64,000 nt of DNA from Pecten maximus (taxonomy: Eukaryota), in the NCBI RefSeq assembly GCF_902652985.1, contig NC_047015.1, positions 34,100,001 to 34,164,000 on the forward strand, given 5' to 3'. The translations under genes and the position numbers were made by a program. The notes beneath the pieces were generated by a model. It worked only from the letters and a program-made list of their open reading frames with translations, was not told where the DNA came from and made no database searches. This document shows positions 28,290 through 42,627 of this stretch, in pieces. How positions within the stretch are numbered: the first letter of the stretch is position 1; each line of letters begins with the position of its first letter.

Positions 28290-28790
28290 TTATAAGGGCT
28301 TTTCTAATTATTGTCGTCGTTATCATCTGCCATCTGTAAAATTTTAACATTTAAAACTTCTTCTCAAGTTCCATCAGTGGGATTAAGCTAAAACCTACCT
28401 GGAGATGGTCCTGACTAAGTGTTGTTATTAGTTGGGTCAGTCTAAAATCCAAGACGGCCATCATCTTGAAAAACATATCTTAAATTCACCTCCAGTTCCA
28501 CAGATGTCATTGAGGGAGGGTGTTAAAGAAAGGAAGCTGACAAAGTGTTGTTATTTTTGGGCTTGGTAATAACTTTGACAGGGCAGCCATAGTGGACATT
28601 TTGTAACATGATTACACAATCATGGTTTTCATGAACAACACATATTCTAAACTTTTTAAGTTCCACAAATATGATTAAGCTCTAACATACCTGAAATGAT
28701 CCTGGGATGGTCATAACCAATTAAGTGTTCTTACTTTTTGTGTAGATCTGAAATCCAAATATGGCCGTCATTGCTACCATCTTTCAGATG
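28290..28790 (+). mobile_element. Degenerate copy of the 10302-type HINE-like family
   Basis: Shares ttctcaagttcca.cagtgggatt, ggtcctgactaagtgtt and aaatccaaga.ggc with 10440-10890. Confidence 0.55.
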
Positions 28791-29197
28791 TAGATCAGGT
28801 TTAGAAGAGTTGATGAAAAATGTGTTTAATGGTCTTGTTCTGCTAACAGTAATAAACTTACATTACATTACTGATCTCTGTATGTAGGTTTATTTATGAT
28901 TTACATCATTGTTGCATAATTTCTATACAGTCATGCTACATTGAACTGGTATACTGGTTCTATACAGAAGATGTTTGTCTGTCAGCAAAAATATTTTTCT
29001 CCTCAGGTGGCCAAGAATGTGAAAACTTTGTTTTTGTTAGTGGAACAAAGAAATTTCATAATTCAAGAAAATATTTAGGTACTGAGTTTGTGGCAGCAGA
29101 GTTTGTCTGAGGGGATGTTTTATAATTGACTTAATATTCTGTATCTGTCTATTTCAATAGTAAAGATCATGGGTCTTTAGTGTTAATTTCTCATATA

Positions 29198-29906
29198 CAG
29201 TCTACCCTCGTTATATCGCCACATTTCGTCCGTGTCAATTATGGCGGTATAACGAGGGTGGCGTTAGTATACGTATCGAATCATGAAAATTACAACAGTA
29301 AAAGATAATGTTGTACCAACGTTTTAATAAATACACAATGAGTTAACATATAAGACACTGTGGTATTGACCGTACATTTCGTAGCTTACAAATACACATT
29401 TAATTATCAAACCCTTCTGACCATGATCAAGAAGAACAACGCTTTCGTCTCGGAGTTGCCATCTCGACTGACGAAGCCAAATCGTTCATACCATTAATAA
29501 GAACACTTATTGAGCAGAAATCAGTCATGCTTTATTACAAATCAAACCATACCTGTGTGTAGATGTCACATATATAAACATTGATACATATATCTACCTG
29601 AGTGATAGAAACTCATTCAGGCATATAACTAAGTTACCTGTGAAAAAGGAAATACCCTCATTCTATAAATAGAACACTAAAGAGCTCCTCGATCACAGAA
29701 AAAACGGACCAAGATGGCGATATTGTCGAGGGTAATATATAGGGATTCGGGACGTTTGTATTGTTATGAACGTGGCGGATGGCGGTATGCGAGGGTGGCG
29801 AACTTAACGAGCGAATTATATAGAAGGGAAATCCATTCTAGGGGTGTAGGTGGCGTATGCGAGGGTGGCGGTAGATTCGGGTGGCAATAGGTCGAGGGTC
29901 ACATTG
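29198..29906. mobile_element. Tc1/pogo-type MITE with imperfect TIRs
   Basis: TA|CAGTCTACCCTCGTTATATCGCCA ... TGGCAATAGGTCGAGGGTCACATTG|TA; sub-terminal cgagggtggcg repeats; CpG-rich. Confidence 0.75.
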
Positions 29907-29962
29907 TATTTAACATCACAAACCATTCAACTTCCAGTTGTAACATGGGTTCTTTTCCCCTA

Positions 29963-30501
29963 TTTTTAGTCCCCTGCCGTTTGAAAAACGGGGGGACTAT
30001 AAGTTTACCCTCCGTCCGTCCGTCTGTCTGTCTGTCACGCAATAGTTGTCCGGACAACTCCTTCTAAAGTACTACTCCGATTTTAACGAAACTTGGTATA
30101 CATTATCAGTATAACATGTAGTTGTGCATCCCACATTTTTTTTTTCAAAAATTCATTTTTTCAAAATTGCCGCCGACTTCTCATTGGTTGAGACTTGTCC
30201 GGACAACTCCTCCTAAAGTACTACTCCGATTTTAACGAAACTTGGTATACATGATCAGTATAACATGTAGTTGTGCATCCCAATTTTTCTTTTCGAAAAA
30301 TTTTTTTTTTCTAAATGGCCGCCGGCTTCTCATTGGTTGAGGCGTGTCCGGACAACTCCTAAAGTACTACTCCGATTTTAAAGAAACTTAGGTATACGTG
30401 ATCAGTATAACACGTAGTTTAAAAAATGGGAAATAAATAGGTGCACTCCTGGGTCAGGCAGGGGACTTTGTATTGCTGTTGCAATACTATCCATCCTTGT
30501 T
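29963..30501 (+). mobile_element. Well-preserved Helentron-type HINE
   Basis: subTIRs agtcccctgcc (29968) / ggcaggggact (30457), (gtcc)n(gtct)n microsatellite, ~2.5 copies of a ~150-bp core, 3' hairpin gtattgc-tgtt-gcaatac, T-rich insertion site. Confidence 0.85.
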
Positions 30502-32694
30502 CAGATGTAGAACAAAATTGAAAAAAGATGAAATATCAAAAAATGAAAAAAATAAATAAATAAATAAACAAATGAATGAATGTGAATTGAAAAATTCAGC
30601 CTTGACACTATATTAAGAGGCCAAACCCTGATATATGCAGTAAAGCAGTAAAATAATCCCTCATCAATCCTGTTTGTGCAATTTTTGAAAAAGGGTAAGG
30701 AAGAAATTATTTGAAGTGATCTTAGAAGAAGTCATAGAAAATAATTGTCGATATCTGGAAAGGCTGTTGTTGGCAATTTCTACTTTTTGCTATCTTTGAG
30801 GAAAAAACTGCAAGAATTAGATAGTTCAACTATAAAATTATTTTAGACATTTTTATTCTGTTTCATAACTTCTTTGAAAAATATATCCTCTTTGCAAGAA
30901 CTTTTAGTAAATCTGTGAAAACTTTATAATCATTCATCACAAAGAAAATTTCGGGCTGCCAATTATAAATTATCAGCCAAAGTTGGTGTTACTTGTTTAT
31001 AGGCAAAGAAAGCATAAAAACAAATAAAGGAAAGCTACCATGCACTGTTCAGCAGAATTGCCGACAAATAAGTACATGCTGCCATGCATTATTCAGTTTG
31101 TTTTGCGTTGCTGTAGAGAATTATAAGACTGACTACCATCACAATGAACGTGCTATTAGATGATTGTTCAGAAAATATAGGGTTATTGAAACATAGTGGT
31201 GTTAAATTAGATTAGAGCTATGTCTGTTGGAAATTGTTCTGATTTGCTGATTATGCTTCCTTGACACACACAGTAGTACATGTACGTCATTAAAGTTTGA
31301 CAGTATAACTTACACAGTGTACTCCAGGGACTTCAGTATCCTGGAAGGCCGACCAAAGTGTTAAAACATGCAATCATAAGGACAACTATAATTCGAGGAA
31401 TACGGCATCGGAGATGGAATTAGAATTCGCAACCTTTCAGTCTGTGCTGTGTTTGTGTCTCAGCTGTAATGTATGTGATGCATGGTATTGACACATAAAA
31501 ACTGAACCCAGACTAAGTTATGTCCAGAACCATTCTAGAATGATTCTAAAACACAATCTGCATCAATCACTCTCTGAGCTCGCTCGACAGATATTTGGTC
31601 TCTGATTTTATGGCCAGTTGTTTTCGCAACTTTTTTTCAGCAATGAATAAAGGAAGCATATTGAATCTACACAAAAAAAGACTATCATGATTGTCTGTAT
31701 GTTGGATGCTTGTGAATAACAACAGGGATTTAGTATCATAATCACAACAAAAACAACAATAGAATAATGACATGTACCCAGTAAATATTTAGCACAGTAA
31801 TTCTAACTTAAATGGATCAAATGAGGTCACAATGTTAACAAAAGATTTACACAGTTATCATTGAAGAAGTACGAGACCATTTGTGTTCTGGAAGGGTGAG
31901 CATCTTCTGCTTTATCAATGACAACCATGTGTATAAATCCATGTCAATTCAGGCCACGTTTCTTCAATGTTCGTAATTAAGTTAAGGAATATTAATGAAA
32001 CTGGGGCCTAATTTTAAGAGGGTGCAAGGTTCATTGATATACTTGATATTTACTACATGATTTAGTTCTCTGTCAAACAACACATTGTTACTTTTCCATA
32101 AGCAGATATTTACATTAATATGTCCTTGGACCATAAAGATACCTTAAGCCCCAAAAACAGACAATACATTAACAAAGTGCCTTTATCTGACAGACCACAA
32201 ATTATTGGGAATACATATACACTTTCATCATTTATATAAAGAGCTTTTTGAAGATAGTTACCAAATACTGTGTGAAGTAAAGCTATTTCCAGACACATTT
32301 AAGGGTCCTTTGGTCAGACAATAACATTTTAAGAACTATTTTGGGTGATTCTGATGTCCATGATGTAAGGGAACCATATTTGGTTGTCAGTGATTGTCTG
32401 GACCGGTATGCCTTGTGACACACTGATTGTACCAAGAAACTAGCTAGGTCCCATTGATCCATACCGATTTAGATATGCCGTGCAGATAATTGCTGTACTG
32501 AGTTCAAAAATAGCTCAGCAATTAGACGCCTCTACAGTTACCGCACCTCAACAGAGACAGATGGTGCAGTACACCAGAGTTCACAATGGCTTTTGGTTAA
32601 GACTCACTTGGAAACTCTAGTACAAACTAATTGATTCGGAAAGTTATATCATTTTGTAAGAAGCTAAAAGGCACAAGTAAATTTATCTGTAGAT

Positions 32695-33633
32695 AAGCTA
32701 AATAAGGCAATGATCAGCAGAATAAATAAGGCAATGGTCAACTATATAAATGTGGCAATAATCAGCTGTATTAATGTGGCAATGATCAGCAGTATAAATA
32801 AGGCAATGATCAGCAGCATAAATAAGGCAATGATCAGCAGTATAAATAAGGCAATGATCAGCAGTAAAAATAAGGCAATGATCAGCTATATAAATAAGGC
32901 AATGATCAGCAGTATAAATAAGGCAATGATCAGCTATATAAATAAGGCACTGATAAGCTAGATAAATAAGGCACTGATAAGCTAGATAAATAAGGCAATG
33001 ATCAGCTAGATAAATAAGGCAATGATCAGCTAGATAAATAAGCCACTAATCAGCTGCATAAATAAGGTAATGCTCTGTTGTATAAATAAGGTAATGATAA
33101 GCTACATAAAAAGGCAATGATCAGCTATATAAATAAGGCCATGATCAGCTATACAAACAAGGCAATGGTCAGCAGTATAAACAAGGCAATGGTCAGCTGT
33201 ATAGATAAGGCAATTATCAGCTATATAGATAAGGCAATGAGCAGCTATAAAAATAGGCAATGGTCAGCAGTATAAATAAGACAGTGATCAGCTATACAAA
33301 CAAGGCAATGGTCAGCAGTATAAACAAGGCAATGGTCAGCTGTATAGATAAGGCAATTATCAGCTATATAGATAAGGCAATGAGCAGCTATAAAAATAGG
33401 CAATGGTCAGCAGTATAAATAAGACAGTGATCAGCTATATAAATAAGACAATGGTCAGCTATATAAATAAGGCAATGATCAGCTATATAAATAAGGCAAT
33501 GGTCAGCTATATAAATAAGGCAATGATCAGCTATATAAATAAGACAGTGATCAGCTATATAAATAAGACAGTGATCAGCTATATAAATAAGACAGTGATC
33601 AGCTATATAAATAAGACAATGGTCAGCTATATA
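32695..33633. repeat. 24-bp minisatellite, ~39 copies
   Basis: Unit aataaggcaatgatcagctatata; explains ORFs 32710 and 33403. Confidence 0.97.
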
Positions 33634-34986
33634 ATTCTATATATCAAATATATCAAACAATATCTTGTGCCTGTGTAGAACGTGGTCAGACAAAATAAGT
33701 GTGCACTACATGATGTATATGCATTCAACCTTCACTATTTGCAATACAAGTACATGTAGATAGAAATATTAGATATTAAAGTGGCCTTATTCTAGAATCA
33801 CTTTATTTGAGATCTGTAATGTGAGAAGCTATATGACAACTCTGTGTACCCTATATATATGGTCATTATAGAGCTAGGTGTGATCATGATGTTGTGATGA
33901 GTGAAATGTTTAATGCCACAGTAGAACGGTATTAGACTGTTAACTTCAGTATTAACTATAGTTAGATACTTATCATGTTTCAGAAGTTTGTAGCAGAAAG
34001 AATGATGATCAATGGAATCATTTAGTGCTATTAATCTTGAAAGCAGTAAAATGGTTAAAATCATTCTGTGTTTTTAAAACTTAATGAGAATGAGTTATAA
34101 ATTACCCAACGTATATCTTCAGCACCACTTGTACACCAGGGTAGGTGTGTCTGTATTAGACCTATTACTAAGTCATAACTCATTGACCCCAGCATGACTC
34201 AATGAATGAATGTATAGACATTTTAGATATTATTTGATAATATATTAGATATTCTATAATTTACTTCCACTTTTAAGATACACTAATAGAGTTGCTTCTA
34301 AAGAATCAGTATAGACACTGCTAGATCTTGTATGTAGTATACATATCCTATGATATATTATGTTCTGGCCATGTTGGACTGACATATTTCTTGTTTTCAC
34401 CATTCAGACAAAATAAATCTCTACCGCTATTTCCAGTCTTACTTGAAAGCTTTTATCGAAGGCGATTTTTAAATGACCTTCTGACAAAAAACTCTGTAAG
34501 GTAGTACATCATGGATCTAGACTTGTGAATGAAAGCTTATTCACCAAAGTATATATAGTTACAATCTAATGAGAGGAAATAGAATATTGAACAGTTTGAA
34601 ACTCTTCATCTTCATAGGGTCATTTGGTTCCGATATTTATGTGCATGGATTCTATTGCTCATATTATTTAATTTTTTTCCTTATTGACATGATAATTTTT
34701 AATTATTTATTATATGCACATTTTTAGTAGTGAATTTTAGATTTCAAATAAAAGAATTAGAAGTTAAAGTCAAGTAAATAGAAGAAGTCTGCATGAGATC
34801 TAAATAAAGTAACCCATTATTAGTAACAGCAAATGGAATCAAATTATTTTGTGGGGTAGTTTTCTTTTCGGTTTAAAAAATATTGCTAAAATTAACCAAT
34901 CATAAAATATTTTACACATTAAGCTATATCTATATACATGTATTCATTTATGTATTTGTCAGATTCTGTTATCATTATCTTTGCAG

Positions 34987-36083
34987 AGGCAGCTGGGTTC
35001 ACAGAAACAACGATGACGTGCAATGGTGTGATGTTCAAAGACTGTAGCCCTACATTCTGTATAGGGCGACAAGGCATCATTAACATCAACAAAACGAGTT
35101 CTGTCTTCAGCTTCAGACGGAAAAACAAGTTCACCAAGATGGCAGAGCACTTTGAATACAATCATATCCCAGCTCATCTGTCGTCAATTCAGAACTTTCA
35201 TGTGAAGAGTGTGGTCTGTTACCATGACACCACAGTCGTACTTCACCTGGTGCGGAATATGATGACCCAGTTCGGTGTTATAGACCTAGGTATCAACAAA
35301 TTTCTGGGTATATTCGGTAAAAAGACTGCTGAGTTTGTAAACGAGGCTGTACGAGGCCAGATCAGCCCTGACGGCTCCCTTTGCCTCATCAAGATACCCA
35401 AGCTAAGTGACAATAACAGTGCCTTTGTCTTCCAGCTTTACTGCCTCAAGACAAGAGAGCTAGTACGTGAGCTTGCCCTCCCCTTTCATCACAGTCTATT
35501 CGCCTTTGATCCCCGTTTCACCTCTAGTCGCATCGCAGCTACCAGCTTCGTTGCTGGGGAGGACAACAGCTTGAGTCTGATTCAAACAGACTCTTGGGAG
35601 GTGATCAGCACCAACACACGTGTTGATGACATGCGACCAAGTCTACATCCTACGCTTAAAGACCTCTTTTACTCAAAAGATGGCTATCTCATCTTTGCTG
35701 TCATGGTAACTGCTGGCTGTCACTGCAGGGAGAAGAAACTACGTCGACATCTACCCATCGAAATTAGTATCTATATCTTCAACGCAGATACAGCGCAAAC
35801 TCTACACTGTGTACAGTACAACCGGTATACATGTGGCCAACATTCATGCCCAACTAACTTCATGCCACTATTCTCCAACTGTGGCAGTCGCATGGCCATT
35901 GTCCTCAATGATATGGAAACTCCTGTTGACCACCTGCAAATCTACAAATTGCCAACTGCTGGGAGTTTGCAGAACCGCAGTCGAATCCGTATCCTGCAGA
36001 CATTTGCCCCAGAGTTCCTCCCTAAACTGCCCCTCCCTGCACGGCTGGTCCAGTACCTACAGTTTCAACCAGAATTTGCCTAA
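34987..36083 (+). CDS. Terminal coding exon: WD40/TolB-like propeller plus C-terminal SOCS box
   Basis: 1.1-kb open frame with raised GC after acceptor tctttgcAG (34986). Blade-like motifs ISPDGS, FDPRF, YSKDGY, FSNCGS. C-terminus SLQNRSRIRI...LPLPARLVQYLQF matches a BC-box plus Cul5-box. The ORF-track ATG at 34938 is probably intronic. Confidence 0.88.
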
Positions 36084-36699
36084 TCCCCAATGCTGTAACT
36101 GTTTAGACACAGAGCTGTCTTTCATGTCAGTTCTTATGTAGATCTGATCCTCACCCTGATCACTTTTGGAAATAGCTATTATTTGTGTGGTGGTAGTTGA
36201 TACCTCAGGAAAAACCCCAGTGTTATCCTAGTCTGCTTGAATACCTGTAAACACTATTCAGATTTTCTTGTTGTTTTTGGTCTGCAATATTTTGGAGATA
36301 GAGAAGAATTGTGCTTGCTACAATAATTATTAACACTGGAAAGCATCTCTAATTGTAGTCCTCATACAAAAAAAACTCAAAAATGTAAGTGTTTGATCCA
36401 TACGGAGCCTGCTGCATCTGGAACCCCAGGAACACCTGATAAGAAAATACTTCAGATTCCTACACTTCTAATTAAGTGCTTGTAGGTTAACAGGTACTGT
36501 GCAGCTCCTTCATTCTACAAACTTTTCACAGCTGCTGCAATATGTTACATACTGTGTCAATATACCTAGAGGGTGTGTATGTTACTAGGCATGCCAATAT
36601 GCCAGGTAGTACGTCAGTATACTACATAGTGTATCAATTTGATATTTTGTCTGTAAATCACAAAATATGTCAATATATTGTGCTATATTACAGTGTGGA

Positions 36700-37166
36700 T
36701 CAATATATTACATATAGTGAGTTAATATATTAAATGATGTGATGATGCATTACTTGGTGTGTTGATATATTACATGGTGTGTTGATATATTACATGATGT
36801 GTTGATACACTAAATGGTGATATATAACATTATGTGTTAATATATAACATGGTGTGTCAATATATTAAATGATGTGTTGATACACTAAATGGTGATATAC
36901 ATGTATTACAAAGTTTCTTGATATATATTACATGGTAATATATATAAATGGTGTGTTGATATATTACATGTTGATATATTACATGGTGTGCTCATATATA
37001 TTACATGTTAATATATTACATGGTGTGTTGATATATTACATGTTAATATATTAATGGTGTGCTCATATATATTACATGTTAATATATTACATGGTGTGTT
37101 GATGTATTACATGTTAATATATTACATGGTGTGTTGATATATTACATGGTGTGTTGATATATTACA
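36700..37166. repeat. AT-rich degenerate ~14-21-bp repeat in the likely 3' UTR
   Basis: Reiterated atattacatggtgtgttgat / atattacatgtt. Confidence 0.85.
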
Positions 37167-38257
37167 TTTTTTATTACATTAAATCAGATGGCAAATGTTG
37201 CTGCAATGTATGTTCATATATATTTGACAATATGTTGATATCTTACATGTATGTCCATCAAGTTGAAACAATTAAAACATACATTTAATTATTTGAAAGT
37301 TTCCATGTAACATATGTATGAATCCTCTACAAGATTCAGTATAAGCTCGAGTACTATTTTTGAATCACCCGAACAAATACTACAGAAGCAAGGTATGCAC
37401 TAGTTATTTTTCTCTTTATAGAGCACTGCATATCAAACCTACTATTATGGAAGGTAACTTGTTGACAAGGATTGTGTTTTGTTAGTGATTAATAATGATT
37501 AATTGGAGTAATTTTCTCCACTTCACCATGTGTAAGAAGTGGTAGGAAAATATGTTGTTGTTTTTGTTGGACATACAACCAAATAATGAAAAGTATTTTG
37601 AAAGCAATTTTTAAATCTTCACAAATCAGATGTCTTCTTCCTAATGTAGATTTGTATCTCTATATATGTAAATGATATATAGATTGATATGATTGGCTAA
37701 TGGCCAGTTTTATGATATGTGTATATATATATATATGTATATGTATACAGGTGTGTGGGTTATGTACAATCACCTAATATATTCTAGTCAGTCATTGTAC
37801 AGTAATATGCTCACCCTAGATAGAAAAGCTCACTCTCATACAAGTGAACATGGTGCTTGTAGTAATAGTATACCCAAAAGTGTACTCAGTATTGAGAGAT
37901 TGTAAGGGTAGAAATTAAATGGACATCCACCTACTTTTGTAGTTGAGAATTTATAGGCAGGTGTAAGCTTGTGATAATTGCCAAGTATTTGCCAGTATTT
38001 TAGACAATTATGATAAAAGTTTTATCGTGTATTGATAGATTTGTGGCGGCAATTTACCAATTAACGCTCAAATATTTGGCTTTCAGCTGATAACAAAATC
38101 AAAATGTCACAGGTCATATTATACTTTACAAAGGACCCCTAATTGTCTTGAATCTTGTGGACAAAACATCTGTGATGGTTATTTTAATGCAAACACATAC
38201 ATTTGCATGTCAAACTATTGAATATTTTTTGCCAAAATTATTGAAATATTATGTTTG

Positions 38258-38401
38258 AAAATTGTGATAGAACTAGGGACCCCATGGAAATTGTGATTGA
38301 ACTAGGGACCCCATAACTGAAATTATTTGTGATAGAACTAGGGACCCCATAACTGAAATTATTTGTGATAGAACTAGGGACCCCATAACTGAAATTATTT
38401 G
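38258..38401. repeat. 36-bp minisatellite, ~4 copies
   Basis: gtgatagaactagggaccccataactgaaattattt. Confidence 0.9.
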
Positions 38402-41400
38402 CAGGTGCTGCAGCTGTAACATGCAATAAACTTGAATTGGTCTTGGCCTGCATTAGAGGCTAGAGAGTGTACAGGTAAGTTATATTGTTTGTTTGACAGT
38501 ACCTCTATGCATGGTCATCAAGCTTTTTTCATCTTGCAATACCGTATAAATACCAACAAATGCTATTTCTTTATATAATATGCCTGCCCTCTTACTATGG
38601 TAGGAGTTTATGTTTTGAATACATGGGCTTATTACAGGAAGGGTAACTTAATTAAACAATGTTTTGAATTGAGAAAGGGTGTGTTATAGGGAAGAGATGC
38701 TTTACTTGAATTTGACTACAGCTGATTGGGAGACAGAGATTTAGGCCAGTTCCACATTAGTTGATAGGATAAAAAGAAATTTTAGGTGGATGTTCATCTA
38801 ATTTAGGTCTGATGGAAGAGAATATATTTTTGATGATTATTGATCTTAATGTTACTTAGCTTACCAGTTAGTTACAAAATTTAAAAATATATATATCTAC
38901 AATGTTAACATAATCTGAAACTTATTTAAAAAATATTGTCATCATTATTCAGTTGATCATAGTTTGGTTTCAATTATGTTTTACTAGAAATTCAACAATA
39001 ATGCAGAGATGAAATATTCCTCCAAGAGAAGTTGTTTCAATTTTGATATTGAATGCAAGAATTGAACACTGGAAAGTGAAAGTTTTGAAGTAAGGGTTAT
39101 TAAGCTAATCATTTGTAAATAGGATTTATAGTGTAATTCTTTTAATGGCTCTAAACTGAACAATAATATATACATGTACAAAACTTCAAATGTTTAAAAC
39201 AGAATTTATCTAAGGGAAATGAGTATTTTGAGGTAAATTACTTTTAAAGATATGAACTTTATCATATGAAACTGAACAATCACTTATGAAGACAGCAATA
39301 TTATGTGATCCACCATGAAAGAACTCGGTGAAAATAGAAATACATGTACAGTATGTTCCTCAGATAGCAAAATTATTTATGTACGCATACATGTAAGATA
39401 ATGATACTTTTAGATAGAAATTGCAGCTGTTAATCTTGTGCTTGGGAACTTGAAAAAATAAATAAATAAATAAAAGATAATATGCAAATATACCTGGTTA
39501 TGCCAATTATGTTAGATTTGCATCCTGATTAATTTCAAATTTTTGAAATTTTCATATTTAAATTAAGATTGTGAGATATTAGTCATTATTATTGAATGTT
39601 AGATATTACCATGGAATATTGATGAGCGTAAGATACATTATGTACAACATTATGTGGGAGGTGTAAACTTTAAGATCTATTGCTCAAAAAGTATAAGTAA
39701 AACTAAAACCAACCATGGTATTTACTGTAGTTAGATTGTATAGTCGACTCCTCAAAACACCCTTCATTTATGGACTATCATCCAGAATTTATGGCCCAGT
39801 GACTGTAAATTAGGGATTCTTGGAATGTGGACTTTAAAGTTTTGTGTTTACCCAAACCTGGAATATATAAAGTTACATTACAGTATGGACATCTCAGCTC
39901 ACCAAATAGATTACACAAATTTTGATTTTTTTGCAGTATTTTTGGGTTAAAACCAGAGATTTTGAGAAATTGATATTTTTTCATTATGAACCCTTTTTTG
40001 CTTCTCAAATTACAAACTACAAATTTGTTTAAAGCAAAATCGGAATCAATTCTATAGCATATCATATGTACGATTTTTGGGGTATATATCATACTTAGGT
40101 GAATTTTGAGAAATATAGATTTTTTTTGCAATGCATCAGTATTTATATGTTTTTAATGTATACAGAGACTTCCATACTATCTTTTTTTTTCTTTTTTTTG
40201 TAAGTTGTTGTTTTTGGAAAAAATACTGAAATTTTGGTAAATTTTGGAGTTTGCTTGAAAATAATTACTATACTGACCAAGAGGGACAGACAAGACATAC
40301 AATTTGTTATCAGGTAATTTCTTTCGTGGGTTCTATTTAGACTGATTCATGGTACTGTAGACTTGTGTGGACAAACAGTGATAATGTGTATAAACTTTTT
40401 TTGTTTTTTTTTGTTCTTCCATTACATAAAAATCACAAAAGTTTTATGATAAACTTCATCAAAATTACTGCAGCCTGGACATAGTCTTAAAATGATTTGA
40501 TATATCGTACGGTCCTGACAGTAGTCTTAAAATGATATGATATATCTGACAGTCCTGACAGCTAAACATTTAAAACTGGTCACCTGGTCCTTTCTTGTTG
40601 TCATGGTGGGTCTCAGAATGTTGGGTACTGGTTACAAATGCTGTATAGCATGTGATAAAATTATATGTTACTGTTGTGAAATTTGTTGTATGCTTTATAA
40701 TCAAAGGTGTAAAATATCATACCACAGTGAAATGTTGTATTTCCAGTGAAGATAAAGGCTTTGTGATATTGATATGAGATGTGATACAGCTTCTCTTGTC
40801 CAGTCATTTGATATTTTATTTGTTCTTGTAAAAATCTATTTCTCAACGAAAATGGTTCAGAGAGTAATCTAATATATGTTATACAATTAATCAGTTGGTA
40901 TAGCTGATCTGATTTGTCTAAAAAGATTCAATTACACAGATTTATTTAGACAGGTTTAGGAGGAATGAAGGATTATGAAGGAGTTAATTTGATAATTATG
41001 TACAAGTGTATTACGCTGGTCACCTGGTGCCAAATTTCATGTACATTGTGGTGTCAAACACTGTTATTTATTTTAATTGTTAGTCTGTAGATATATAATT
41101 AACTGCCTTCTCTAATATCACTTTTTACTACATAATTCACATTCCTAAAACAAACCTGGTAGATTCTTCACAGAAAGTTATAACCACAAATAATCCACTA
41201 AAAATATAAAAACCACCACTTACAATCTATTATTAGATATTCCTAGAAATTAGGCAACATTGTATCAATTAATTAATACTGATAGCAGAATTTGTTTATG
41301 TGAGATATATTGCGGGAGATGGTGAAATATTAGGGCCCTGTATAAGTATGAAGTGCCATACAGTAATCGCCCTCAAGATAGTCATAAAAGTTTTAAAATT

Positions 41401-42232
41401 ATCACTTGATTTCTTTCAACTTAGGTATGTCAATAACCAGTAACCTGCATTAATTCACTCAGTTCTTTTTCTGGTACATTCTGTTCAAAATTACAAAGTT
41501 TGGACTCACTACTCTTATATTTCTATATACAATGTAGTTATTTTCTGGCAAATTCTGTTCAAAATTACAAAATTTATGGGTCTTCTCAAATTTATTTCTA
41601 TATAAAGACAAATGATACTCCTCATCACTATGGCTTGGTGATTATTTGGGATATAGTGTCTCTCAATGTACTAACTAACATGTATTTTTTGATATCAAAA
41701 TAATATTGAGATAAAAATTTTACTGCAGAAAAAGGTAGGCATCTTTACATGATTCCAAGAGGGAAATGGCATTGAGAAACTGATGGTAAGATTAGGCAAA
41801 CTTTAACAATGACGATTTTGAGTGATTTTATTAATTATACGTGTATACCATGTGAAGGTACGTATTATATAATACGTAAAGGTGGGTAAGGGAATAAGTG
41901 TTTCCACTGGTGCCTAGAACTGGGAGTTAAATAAAATTAGATTGATTCTGGAGAGCATTGGTGTTTACAGAGACAGACTGTCATTAGCAGTACTAATATT
42001 GTAACATGTAGCCAAATTAAGAGTGCGAAAAAGTAGTGCTGAAAATATACTAAGATAGTGCTGATAATGTACTGAAATAGTGCTGAGAATGTACTGATGT
42101 AGATCTAGGACAAACTGAAAGACTAGTGGATTAGGCTGAACATGTAATGATATAGTATAGAATGGATATATTACTAAAGTATTATCATTATTAAAGTTCC
42201 TGTGGAAGTTTATAGTGAACTAGTACTGATAA

Positions 42233-42627
42233 TATACTGAAGTAGTGCTAGAAATGTACACAGTATCTAGTTAGTGTTACAGTACAATGTAGATACTGTA
42301 CTGAAGTAGTGCTGGAAATGTACACAGTATCTAGTTAGTGTTACTGTACTGAAGTAGTGCTGGAAATGTACACAGTATCTAGTTAGTGTAACAGTACAAT
42401 GTAGATACTGTACTGAAGTAGTGCTGGAAATGTACACAGTATCTAGTTAGTGTAACAGTACAATGTAGATACTGTACTGAAGTAGTGCTGGAAATGTACA
42501 CAGTATCTAGTTAGTGTAACAGTACAATGTAGATACTGTACTGAAGTAGTGCTGGAAATGTACACAGTATCTAGTTAGTGTAAAAGTACAATGTAGATAC
42601 TGCACTGAAGTAGTGCTGGAAATGTAC
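42233..42627. repeat. 64-bp minisatellite, ~6 copies
   Basis: gtgctggaaatgtacacagtatctagttagtgtaacagtacaatgtagatactgtactgaagta at 42421, 42485 and 42549. Confidence 0.93.

Noticed and set aside
34938-34986. ORF-track start codon for the SOCS-box protein
   Set aside because: AT-rich, intron-like sequence ending in a canonical acceptor that is in phase with the 22719 exon.
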